From Spongospora subterranea f. sp. subterranea (Eukaryota), in the NCBI GenBank assembly GCA_049724395.1, contig JAUGWO010000083.1, forward strand, positions 1-64,000: a DNA stretch of 64,000 nt, in the 5' to 3' direction. Below are positions 39,771 to 51,623 of the stretch, in pieces. The notes under the pieces are model-generated. The model saw only the letters and a list, made by a program, of their open reading frames with translations, made no database searches and was not told the origin of the DNA. Position 1 is the first letter of the stretch. Each line of letters opens with the position of its first letter. A program made the translations under genes and the position numbers.

Positions 39771-40989
39771 TCCTTATGATCTATAATATAGATCATACAG
39801 GTTTTGCCTCATAAAAATCCGTGGAAGTTTGCTCCAAAAACGACACACTTCTATACTTCACTGTGCAGTGAAAAATGACCAAGAATTTATTCTGAAAACA
39901 CCAAAATATAGGAATTATTCCATTCTTGAACTTATTTTCTTATCTGAAATGCGTAATTGCAAAATTGAGTATGTGAGAGCTGTTTCCGCCCAATGATCTA
40001 TATTATAGATCATACGGAGTTTCATCAGGGATACACCACGCGACACTGGACCGGTCCTATTCCGGGCCCAGTCGTAGCTCTACTACCTTTGCCATCTTCC
40101 ATGCACTGCTCTAAGTTAGAAGTACCCGTAGACTCTCTTATAATTGATAGGGTCCGTGGACGGAGATTCAAACAATGAAGAGCAATTATAAGAGAGTCTA
40201 CGGTAGTTTGTGCTTGGCGTATCACGGAGGCGATTACTTCGTGGAATAATTGATTAATTTAGGTTTGATTTGCGTGAGGTTATTGAAGAACAAATCGTAA
40301 TGAGTCTGTCAATAAAGAACCCGTCCGATCAAGTTCTGGCGTATTTCGCCAAGTTCGAAAACACTCGTGCTGCCGCTTGGTCAGTTGTGGGCCGGGACAG
40401 AGAAGATAAAGAATAAGAAACGAGGTGTTTATTCCTTGAAAGCAAAGGGTTGCAGTTCATTCATGACTGAACTAACACCTCTGATGTCTGACTCTATTGT
40501 TCTCAAGGCAATTATCTGGAATCATCTCTGGTATTGTTTTCACAATCGTTTTTCGATGCTCCAAGAATACTTGCTGGTTTTTTTCACCAGACAACCTACT
40601 GTTCGACGCGAAAACGGAAACCAGACAAAAAAGATGATACTTTATTCTGAGCATTAGTTTATAAAGACAAACGATATACATGGCTCAGATGAGAGCAATT
40701 CGTCATCTTGAACAGAGTGATTTTCGCCAAATCCCCCCCAAAGATGTGTTATAGCGCGTAGCCCACCCTGGTCACCGGACCTACGTCACACATTAATACA
40801 GTAAACTGTACCTACAGGATACAGGGGCAGTCGGTCCTTAACTCCTTTTTCGGTTTCCTGCCCTTCTGGACGTCATATTTGGGGTGGCGCCACCTGCCTC
40901 TCTGTATTGCCAATTGACCAACGGCAACAACCAGTCCCTTGTTTTGCAACGTCGTCTGACTCGTATTGCTTGGCTGGTGCCAACTACCA

Positions 40990-42170
40990 ATGAATCGTCC
41001 TGGGCGCGATGAAGGCCGAGGCCGCCGTCCGATTCCAGACCGAAAACGCGCTCCCCCCGGAACGATGGATAGACGCTCTAGCAATACGAGGTCTCCTCCA
41101 CGACGATATGATACATTTACTAAGCGAGCAGCACATGTTCAGGTAGTCATTCTTGGAACAAAGCAAAGGTAAGAACACACAGGTTGACGTCGTTGTTCTA
41201 TGGTCAATAACATTTTGAAAGGCGGTATGGGGATCAGTGTGCTGAATCTATACGTGGCGCTGGATTCTGGGTGGAAACCAGGTTCCTTGAGGGGCAGAGG
41301 TTAAGAGAGGTGATCGGTCAAGCCGAACAAGAGTCGAGCTCATATCTTGTTATTGTTGGTGTTGATAACGAACAGGATAAAAATGTGTCCTTCAAAATTT
41401 TGGATAGCAATCAACCTCCGATATCTCGTGTTTCTATCAAGAAAGCGATTGATCTCATAATTGAGCACGATTGTAGTCGTAATCGAACGCTGCGATTTGT
41501 TGGTGAATCGCCTCCTATTGTCACACATCGTCTGTTTTCCCCCCCAAATGATCAACACCACCCTTCACCGGATAGACGTCGTCCATCGCCTCCCCGCCGC
41601 CCAGTTCGCCCCCAATCACCTCCTCCTCGCCGTTTTCGCAGCCGCTCCCCACCTTACCGGGTACCGGCCCATTTGTCTCATCATCCTTCCGAACGCCCTG
41701 TTGATTTGCGATCGCATCTTGCTCCCCGGTTCAGAGATTCCCCAGTTTATCAACAACGCCCACCAATGCATTATGTTGAATATCCTCCCCGAGGTTATAT
41801 ATCACGTGCCCGGACAGATGTTTCTCCTCACTCTTCCAAACCACAGTATTCTCGTCCTTCATACGAAACTACCCAACCGTATGAATATCGGTCATCCCCT
41901 CGGGAGTTCAACAGCAGGGCGTTGCCATCTGACCCTGAGTCGCCTCTCTCCAGGCGCCCATTGCCTTATGAAAGGCGCTCTATGGCTCCACCTCATTCTT
42001 CATCTTCAACCGCCCTTGATGCAGCTGCGGTTTCAGATCTTTTGCGAACACTCGACGATATTGACGGTAATCAGGGTCCTGTAGCTCCAAATACTATCCC
42101 AGCCCGATCGTTTGAACCAACTTATAATAATGGCTATGATATGCCCCCCCGTCAACAATATCGCCGATAA
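40990..42170 (+). CDS. NCOA5-like protein (anticodon-binding-like domain plus RS/Pro-rich region), 2 exons
   Basis: VQVVIL...R.YG..CA..IR.AG..VE..FL....L..VI.......YLVIVG..NE....VSFKIL flanked by RSPP/RSRSPP repeats; intron ~41169-41221. Confidence 0.6.
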
Positions 42171-42343
42171 TGTTCTATCGGCAATAAATTTGGAAAACAA
42201 ATGGGAAGCTTTCGTAGCTTTACCTGCCTATATTTTACTTGCTCCCCGCCCCGTTTGCGTAATGATTGTCTTGTAAACCGGATTGTGTGTGAAAGTTATG
42301 TTGTGGTGCGAATGGCGGAAACCAGACCTAACTTGATTGCGCA

Positions 42344-42889
42344 ATGGCTGCAAATCGTCGGTGGGCGGTGCTGGTGGGCGATTCTGAGGCTTCCATGTCG
42401 GCGGTTCGCTGGTCCACTGAGAATCTGGCTCGAGAAGGGGATGAGATTATGATCATGTCGGCCTTGGAACATCGAGATCACAGTCATCATCAGGACGACA
42501 CGTTAATCGCCATCTCCCCGAACGCGTATTCGAGAATAGGCAGCCATGCCGATCATTCAACAAAGCAACGTCGGAAAATACTGGAGAAAGTCCAAGAATA
42601 CGCAAGTTTGATGGAGTCCCCAGAAAGATTATGGTCAGTCACTAGCGCTGTGATTGATTCTGAGGACGCCCTTGGTGAAACAGCGGTTGCCTTTGCCAAA
42701 CGAATGAAATTCGATTTCGTTGTTGTTGGTTCAAGGCAATTAGGGCCAGTCTGCCGAACAGTATTGCGTGCAAGCGGTTCAAGCACCGTATCCGAATATG
42801 CAATCCATAATATGCCCTGCCCAACATGTGTTGTCGTAATGCAACGACGTCTGAACCGCGATCAATCTCAGACTTTCGATAATGCATGA
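42344..42889 (+). CDS. Universal stress protein (UspA family)
   Basis: VLVGDSEAS..AV.W....LAREGD.I, DFVVVGSRQLG......GSSTVSEY.IHN.PCPT.VV. Confidence 0.9.
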   Translation: MAANRRWAVLVGDSEASMSAVRWSTENLAREGDEIMIMSALEHRDHSHHQDDTLIAISPNAYSRIGSHADHSTKQRRKILEKVQEYASLMESPERLWSVTSAVIDSEDALGETAVAFAKRMKFDFVVVGSRQLGPVCRTVLRASGSSTVSEYAIHNMPCPTCVVVMQRRLNRDQSQTFDNA

Positions 42890-44317
42890 TGAGTTACTGT
42901 TTCCCCATTTGCAAATAAAGATCTAAAGGATCAAGTCGCCATCAGCTTGACTTACTTCTATATAGCCACCATTCCTTGCGTAAACGGCAAACAAAACTCG
43001 GGTTAATCATGCAATTATACTTGAAGATTTAGCGATAACCAACGAATTGATCACGATCGAGCGGAACCTCCTTCAAGCGATATGGCGTCAGAGGGCGTTG
43101 CCCCATTTTGCCGGCGATTAACAACTCATGCTCGATCAACAATCAGTTTATTATATTCTACAAACCATATAGGATTATCATTTACTGTGCGCCATATGAA
43201 GTCTACCTTCGCTTTGATTGCCAGATTTGATGAACGATCCGACCAGTCCAGGTGAAGGTCTCAACATCGATGTGGTACCTGTAAACGACGTCATCCCGAA
43301 TAAAGAAGAAAGCATAAGCGGATTCAGAGATTCAACGTCGGAATAGGGAGGTCAACAGGAGAATTCAATTGGTGTCCAACATGAAAAGTGTCTGACAGGT
43401 TCGTGTCAAGTTTGGGTGGTTAAAAGTTATCGGGAGAGGGATCGTCTGGAAAGAGGCTGAAATGACAATGCTGCCCCTTTGCAGTTCGTGTCGCTGGGTT
43501 TGATGCCATTCATGGAGCAGATCAGGCGCCGAAAAGTACTGGGGTCAACGTTCACGAGGGCTTCTGGTCTGGCGACGGCAGTTGGCGGCAGTTGAAGTGT
43601 TCATTGGTTGGTATGCAGCCACCACAACTATCGACAGGAATGGGTTCACAACCGATGATTCTGTCGATCTCGTGTAACTGAACAACAACAAGAGTTGGAG
43701 ACCCCATCGCCGTCCTCTTGTCGGTATCACTCATGGTCGTATCCAATTTCGCAATAGGGAAACTTTATCTCGGTTCAATGCTGCTGGACTTGCAATTGCC
43801 TAAATAAAATTTTAAATTAATAAATCAGTGAACATGTTTTGGTACAGATTTTGCAGACATTCTGTTTGTCTCGGCATTGATGCAATGCCTGCCAGAAAGC
43901 CACAAATTCGAACTCTTTTGTTTCTCAGTAAAAATCCAAATCTAACTCAAAACTGACATTATCATTGGTTGCAAACTGACTTGTGTCGACGGGCGTGGCG
44001 GTTGTAAAACATCCGATCAATGACCCCTGATCTTTCAAAGGAATTGCTCACGAACAGAGCAAACGCATCTAGACCCACTCCAGGTCCGATTCTGATGCAC
44101 CGCCGAGCTGACAGATCTAGCTGGATTGTCGACCAGCCCCGCATTCGGCCGCTCTGTAGAACGCCAAGACCAATGGCTTGTCATGTTTGATGAGGCAAAG
44201 ACGGAGAGTATCTGGTATGTGGTCGCTGTTTAAATGACTACAATGATGATATGGCGACTCCAATTCCTCCAGCTGTAGCTGCTCTTTCTGTTGTGGAGCG
44301 ATCAGAGCTGGGTATCT

Positions 44318-44526
44318 GGTAGTTCACCCCAAGAATGGGCGATACATGCCATAGTTTACGAGCAGGTGGGTCTTGGGCTTGTTCGCCACCTCCCGGGCGA
44401 GAAGAGCGGCCGGAGCCGTCGAACGGAAGCGCCCACGACCGCACCGCCCGGGAGGTGGCGAACAAGCCCAAGACCAACCTGCTCGTAAACTATTGCATTT
44501 ATCGCCAATTCTTGGGGTGAACCACC
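44318..44526. repeat. GC-rich ~82-bp inverted repeat with ~45-bp spacer
   Basis: 44318-44399 pairs with 44445-44526, about 5 mismatches. Confidence 0.9.
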
Positions 44527-45137
44527 CGGTAATTCCGACTGAAGGGGAGGTAGCTTTCTATAAACAATTTATGAGCCTCAACAAAATTGTGCTTGCCCAT
44601 CTTGTAAAATGAGCTGTCATGTCTTGTTTATCGTGATGTCAATGGTTAAATGGATCATCACAGGTCCATTGCTTTTCGCATCACTATAGTGCAGATCAAT
44701 GCGAATGCAAAATTCATTAAGAACACGCATTGGACGGTGTGTTTTGCTGAAAACAGCAGAATGAGGATATTGTTCCTTGTACTGATAAAAACAATCAATA
44801 TTTTCGATTTTTTTCAAGGTGTCCGAAATCAGGGTCAGATTGTGATTTTTTCGTTAATTTTCAAACGCAAATTTTAAAAATGCCACCGCTCATAGGATCA
44901 AGTTGAATTAGAAAAATAAGCACGTTTTTCCAATTGTGTTTTTATCTAATGTCGTTGAACATTTGAAATTGTCATTCCGGGACTAAAGATCGCTGGTTTC
45001 CTAGCAATGATTTATAAACTCCATTGTCCTCGTGTTTGGCCGAACTTCATCTTGATCTAGCGAACGTGATCTTGACCATATGCTTATGCTTTAGAGGCTT
45101 TAGCAATTTTGGAGAGCGATGATGAGTTCGTGTCTAC

Positions 45138-45470
45138 CTATTCAACGGCGTCTTCAAGCCAGGAAATTAGTTTCTTTCGGTCAATTTTATATTCTCTTCC
45201 TGGCCCGGAGTCACACCGATTTTTCATTGTGATTATTCTTTCAAAAAGACTGTTGAACGGTTTGTTTGCAATCAAATCACAAATTTGAAGTAAACTTGTG
45301 CAGCCAGGCGGAATGGATCCCAAGGTAATATTAAGTTCGGTGGCTTTGTTTGAAACTTGTTCACAGACGCGGCTCTTTGCTGCATCCCAGATCAACCGCT
45401 GGTTTGTAAAGGCATTGAATTCGGTGGCATCGGCCGCAGGAATTGAAGTGGAGCTGAGAGAGCATCTCAA
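45138..45470 (-). mobile_element. pogo-like (DDE_1) transposase relic
   Basis: LIWDAAKS.......ITLGSIPPGCTSLLQICDLIANKPF. Confidence 0.8.
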
Positions 45471-46779
45471 GGGAACTAACCGAGCAACGCGTTCAGCATT
45501 GGCCTGACCTTTACGCCGGTCCTCTTGAGCAAATATACCCTTCTCTGATTATTGGGATTCGACATTAGAAAACGATTCATTGTTGAAATGGCATAAACGA
45601 CGTTCTAATGAATGCGGTGATCTGTATGTGAACTTTTGAACAAGATAATTGTGATTTACAGTCCCCGACATCTTAACTCAACAATTTGGATCGCAAAATC
45701 GCATATTCGTGAGCAATAATTATAGAGCCAGGTCGTGCAAATCAGGGATTTGATTGCCAAGCGGTTCTGCGTCTGGAATTGATCAAAACCATTTTCATTC
45801 CAATATGCCAAAATCAGCGAATAAAGTCAGGAACTGTCGTCCACTGGACCAAATGACAAGAATATCTTAACACTTTTGCGGAGGATGGAGTTGATGAGCA
45901 ACGTCCGCTCAACATCGCCGATTCCAACTCTGACGAAAGCGACAATGATTACTCGTTTCCCGCTGGGTGATGATTCTTTCAGCGTTGACCAATGGTTGAC
46001 TTGGACACCAGGAGCTAAGAAGAAGACTCTCACAAAACGGTCAAGTTATAGTGGATTTAGCGATCGCAGTAAAACGTCGCGATAATCTGATCTTGGGTCA
46101 GGCGATGTTAATCATGTCCGAGAGGGTATTCGGTGACGTCGTTAAACTGGCTCGTGATCGTGAAGAGGACACATGGATAACTTTGAATAATGGCTCTGAA
46201 TGGGTTCAGTTTGGCCATAAGTGATATCGGGGGCGATCGTCAGAACAAACACCGAAACCGATCAATAAAGTCCTTTGCTGTTCGCGATGATGCGTTTCTC
46301 CATCGGCGGAAATACATTTTTAGAGTTCAGATCTCTTGTCCCCAGATATGGCAATATGGAGCGGGTCCAGGCCACATTGGACCAGGGCTGGGTCGATTAT
46401 GAGCTGTATGAACTGGATAGTCGACCGTTTGGTGATCACCGCTACAATCAGGGAATGATTAAGAGAGGGGGAATAGGTCTCATATAACGATCAGACTATC
46501 TCAAACGGTCTCAAACCGAGCCGTATTCCGTTTTCCTTTAACGGGGGAGGCCAGGAAGGTCAGCCGCCAGGGGGTTCCCCTTCCTCGCCCAACGACCGCA
46601 TAAACTGTGTTATTTCCCTTAACCTATGGCATATATGGCCTATTCTATGTTATATTTATAAGTGATATGGGGTATCCCTTAACCCCCTTCCCTCATTCCC
46701 TCATTCTCATCCAGGTGTCTATCTCCTCCTTCTCCTCCGTCTCCCACCTCGACCATTATAGTTCGCCCAACTACCACCA

Positions 46780-48756
46780 ATGTTCACCACTCTCATCATC
46801 GCTATCAGTTCAACTGCCGCTATCGCCTCTATCTGCTATTATGTCATCTCACGCCCTGTCCAGAAACCAGCACATATCTCGAGATTTATGCGAATCATTG
46901 ACCGTCTTGTTGGCTGGATATTCGGTAGTTTAACACATAGGTTAACCCCTTAGATTTACCATGTTCATTGGGGTTATGTGTGTTAGGCGAAACCTTAACG
47001 ATCCTGAATGTGCCGATTGTTTACGATAATGGTGTTGTTAATATCGGTGATCATGTCCTGAATCATGTCAGATATTGGCCTGAATCCCTCACCGCCTCTC
47101 CTATGCCATGTATCCTCATTCGTAGCCCATATGGTGGGGGCATTGCCGCCCTAACCGCCTCTAGGTTCTCTTCGCGAGGTTATTGTGTCATTGTTCAAGA
47201 CTGCCGAGGGCGACATCACGGTCGGGCGTCCGACGACGAATTCATTCCGGTTCGCAGCGAACGAGAAGACGGTATTGGCACAATCAGATGGATATCCGAA
47301 CAGCCGTTCTGCAATGGTTCAATTGGCATGTATGGTCTATCATATCTGGGTATATGTCAATGGGCTGTTATTGATGGAGCACCATCCTCGCTGAAGGCGA
47401 TTGTCCCCGTCAACGCCTCCTCTGACCTATATCGAGTCATTTTCCCAACGTTAGTTCGTTGTCAGTTCTCACCCTATAATCAATCGCATGTTAATATCTG
47501 CAACAGGATTGGAAGTGTGCACATTGATTTGGTCGTGCGTTGGTTATACCTGGTCTTTTTCGTTGGCGAACACAATTCACTGCTGGTCTCTCGATTGTTC
47601 CGCCGCCTCCGTTTGCACACTGCATCAACAGCTATATCGTATCATCTTCCAATGAACGATATAGATAAACGAATTTTAGGTCGCGAACTCAGCTTCTTCA
47701 AGGGCGCCGTTAAGCATAGGGAAGACCCTTCCCACGAATTTTGGGCGAAAGACATGCAACTTCGGTTATGTGAGGACTTTAATCAATGTCCTCCAGCGCT
47801 GCTCATAGCAGGATGGTTCGATATATTCCTTCAATCTCAGCTAAAGGACTGGGCCATGCTGCAAGCGACTTCCCCTCAGCACTCGTTGATGATCGGGCCC
47901 TGGCATCATTGGCAGGTCAAGAAGATGGCGCCAATCGTGGAGTCGGCTGCATTATCGTGGCTGGATATGCACCTGAAGAACGACCATTCGTTGGCGGTGC
48001 CTAGGGTGCGATTATACATTAGCGGTATCGATCAATGGAGAAGCTTTTCAGAATTTCCTTTTTCTCCAATCAAATCAACCGCTCTTTTTCTCAACACAAA
48101 TCGTGGCCTTTCTTATACGAAATCAACGTCCTCTCAAGCTATCAAGTTTACATATGACCCAATCAAGGATCCCACACCGTTTATCGGAGGCGCTTCTTTC
48201 GATGCTCGCAATGCAGGGTCAAAGGAACAAATGGATTTTGAGTCAAGAGAGGATGTGATTGTGTTCACAAGTGATCTAGTTGAGAAAGCGATGACTGTTA
48301 TCGGCCCGATCTCAGCTAATCTGTATGTGGGATCATCCGTTAGATCAAGTGATTGGGTTTGCCGCCTTTGCGATGTCGATCTGAGGATGCAATCTATGAA
48401 TCTGTGTGATGGCATTGAACGGATCACAACTACGGTGTCAGACGATAGTATTATCCATCAAGTTCATGTCGATATGTGGGCGGTTGGCCATGTGTTTCTA
48501 CCAGGACATCGGATTCGGATCCAGATCTGTTCAGGAGCTCATCCCCGATTCAGGTAAGCCTCAGCCCATATGTTGTTTGATGAATGGTGGATTGACATGG
48601 ACCGGGGAATTTAGTCGTAATTCCGGTACAGGTGAATGCGATAACGCTAACGCCACCTCGTATCTTCCCGCTGACAACACAATTCACATATCTGACTCCT
48701 GTCCAAGCCATGTCGTTCTCCCTTGTCTTGTTGAAGATGTGGGTTTGGCGTCCTAG
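46780..48756 (+). CDS. CocE/NonD family hydrolase (peptidase S15 / X-Pro dipeptidyl-peptidase-like), multi-exon
   Basis: LIRSPYG, VQDCRG, nucleophile GMYGLSYLG, GWFDIF, GPWHH, C-terminal GHVFLPGHRIRIQI.SG.HPRF; hydrophobic N-terminal exon from ATG 46780. Confidence 0.92.
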
Positions 48757-49230
48757 GCAAGGAATCTCTCCACGTATTTATACATAATCATATACTGTCA
48801 ACTGTGAAAAGGGTGTATTAAAATCTCATGATATTCTGTAGAATCATGACAGGTATCCCAGATATTCGATATATGGACTGTTCCGCTGACTCAAGACATC
48901 ATGATCGTGAATCAAGTTCACGATCTGTATAAGAATGGGTTGACCAATGACGATATACACAATGAAATGGATTAAACGAATGGATTCGGACTCGGCAACG
49001 AGATAATATGATGGATCCTATGGAGATGAGCAAGAGATGGTCATATTGAGAGGAGAGCAATGACACATGGCGATGACTGTCAGGATATCATGTGATGATT
49101 GGCGTGACGGTGTCCGCCACGGAGTAATACAGTGTCAGGAAACACTGTAATTCGCCTGAGTGTCTGAATATCGGCGTCGCGTTTTTGGTCACGACTTCAA
49201 TAGCGCACACGACCAAAATCTGGCCATCTA

Positions 49231-51248
49231 ATGGGTAAGAAAAAGGAGTCGAAGAGCGGTCTTGGCCGGGCAATACAGAATGCGGGAAATCAGCCGCGAA
49301 CAAGGAAACAATTACAGGAGGTATTATGAGCTAAGGGGTAGTTATTATTATAGGGGGAAGGGATCTGATTGATTGGCATTGGCAATAGAGACACACGATC
49401 GAGATGGGAATTGATAAAGGATCAAGTCTGGCGTCCGTTATTGAACGGAATGCACTTGACGAGTTTGTCGCCACCGCAATGATGGAGCAAAGAGAATTCG
49501 CAGCTGAACGGGGAACGGTGTCGATTATTGACGATCAGAGTTAGATCTGTGGTTGTTAATGAGATCCGGTCGGATGACTGATATGGTCGATATTGATTGA
49601 ACAGGTTCTGGCGATAAACAGCCAGAGCAATACCATGAACTATACGATTACGTCACGGTTCCAATACCTCGTCGACCAGCTTGGGATCAATCAACAACCC
49701 GGGACGAACTCGAACGGATGGAGAAGCTGGCGTTCCTGGATTGGAGACGAGACCTCGCCAAGGTCGTGGAGTCATCAAAACAAGCCGTCACCCCATACGA
49801 GAAGAATCTTGAAGTCTGGAAACAATTATGGAGGGTATTGGATTAACGGGGTGGATGATCTGAGAGAGATCGGGCTAATCAATATCATGAACAGGTTATC
49901 GAAAGGAGTGACCTTATTGTTCAGATCGTGGATGCCAGGAACCCGTTATTATTCCTGTGTAAGGATATGGAGGTGGCAGTTCATGAGTTGAACAGATCAA
50001 AGAGGACCCTGGTCGTTATCAATAAGGCTGATTATCTGTCAGACCATATGAGGATGTGTTGGGCCAGTTATTTCACCGCACAGAATGTCGAGTTCGTGTT
50101 CTTTTCGGCGAAAGATGAGGTGCTACGGCAGGAACAGGAGCGAAAGGCGAACCGAATCGACTCAGATGAAGATGCGGCTGAGGATGACGACGACGGTATG
50201 AGCTGTGAAGATGACGAGGAGATTGATGATGAAGAGAACGACGATGAGGATGAGGAACACGATGACGATTATGTCGATGGTCGAGCGGGATCTGAATCAG
50301 CTGTTAACGATGATGAACCCAGCATATTGAGTGTGTTGAACACGAGGCAATTAACGGATCGGTTCCTGAAGGTGTATTGTGGTGACGATATCCCAATTGC
50401 AGATGATGATCTAAAGGGTATTACGGTTGGTCTGGTCGGCTATCCAAATGTGGGGAAAAGCTCCATCATCAACGTAATCGGGTTCTGTTCATCTGTTGAT
50501 CAGTTTTGATCTGAGTTCTGTTGTCTGCAGGCATTGATGGGCGAGAAGAAGGTTGGTGTTGCAGCAATGCCAGGGAAAACCAGACACTTTCAGACGTTAA
50601 TCCTCAATGATCGTATCACATTATGTGATTGTCCCGGATTAGTATTTCCCACATTCGTTAACTCTCAATCTGATCTCGTCTGTAATGGAATATTACCCAT
50701 CGATCGCATACGGGATTACCTTCCCCCATCCGACCTAATCTGTAAACGGGTTCACAAGCGCCAATTCCAGAACCTGTATGGTGTTCGATTCCCTGTTGAC
50801 TTAACTCCCGCCGCCCATGATTTACTCACCGCCCTAGCTCGTATTCGGGGTTTGGTCACCGGTCGTGCTCTTCCTGATGAGGCCACCGCCGCCAGGATCA
50901 TTCTCAAGGATTTTACAGCCGGTCGTCTGTTGTATTGCCATCCCCCGCCCGGATCCGACACCGATCTGTTCTTGGCCAGTCTGGAGATGCCATTAATACC
51001 TCCTAGTCGTCAGGATAGACCAGATCTGCCTAATCCGGTTCAGACCGACTCCATATTATCGTCAACATTATCAATGGGCAATACTAATATGGCGTTCACT
51101 GGATCGTCGAAAGGCGTTAAGAAGGCGCTCAAAGCAAGCTAGGGCTAGGGTTAAAGCCCAGCTTAGAGGAAAGACTAAACCTAACGCCTCATCTAAAGCG
51201 GTGAAAGGCGGAAAGTCGCGCAACGTCATTGCAATTGCAGATTATTAA
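49231..51248 (+). CDS. LSG1: Large subunit GTPase 1 (60S export), multi-exon; C-terminus ends at 51142 or, with a +1 shift, at 51248
   Basis: MGKKK..SGLGRAI, TPYEKNLEVWKQLWRV, QIVDARNPL, NKAD, GLVGYPNVGKSS, PGKTRHFQT, DCPGLVFP. Confidence 0.95.
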
Positions 51249-51623
51249 TATAGTATAATATTGGGTATTGTTTATCGCGTCAATATCAGGTCACTTTTCA
51301 TTGTTCGAAATCGATCACCTGTTTATTCCATCACATATAAATCAATACTTCTCCCCCGATGTCAGTAATCATCCACCGGTTGGTTGCCACATCCCTTGGT
51401 CAATATCATCCCCCAATGATTGCCAGATCAGTTGGCCACTTTATGACTTGTGCCCAGTCAGGGGGTGGTGGTCAATCCTCCTTCCCCTCACAGGGACTAC
51501 ACTGCTCAAAGGTTGACAAGTGACAAACGGCGTTCACGCTCTTCAACTGACCCACAGTTGCTGAGCTGCTCTGGACGAGGGCCAATCCAACACCACCTTG
51601 CCGAGCGATATTGCTCGGGCGAT

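Noticed and set aside
41461..42084. 207-aa alternative-frame ORF within the NCOA5-like gene
   Set aside because: Non-ATG start; a shadow frame of Pro/Arg-rich coding sequence.
51138..51160. Telomere-like CTAGGGCTAGGGTTA
   Set aside because: Only two units, and it lies in probable LSG1 coding sequence.
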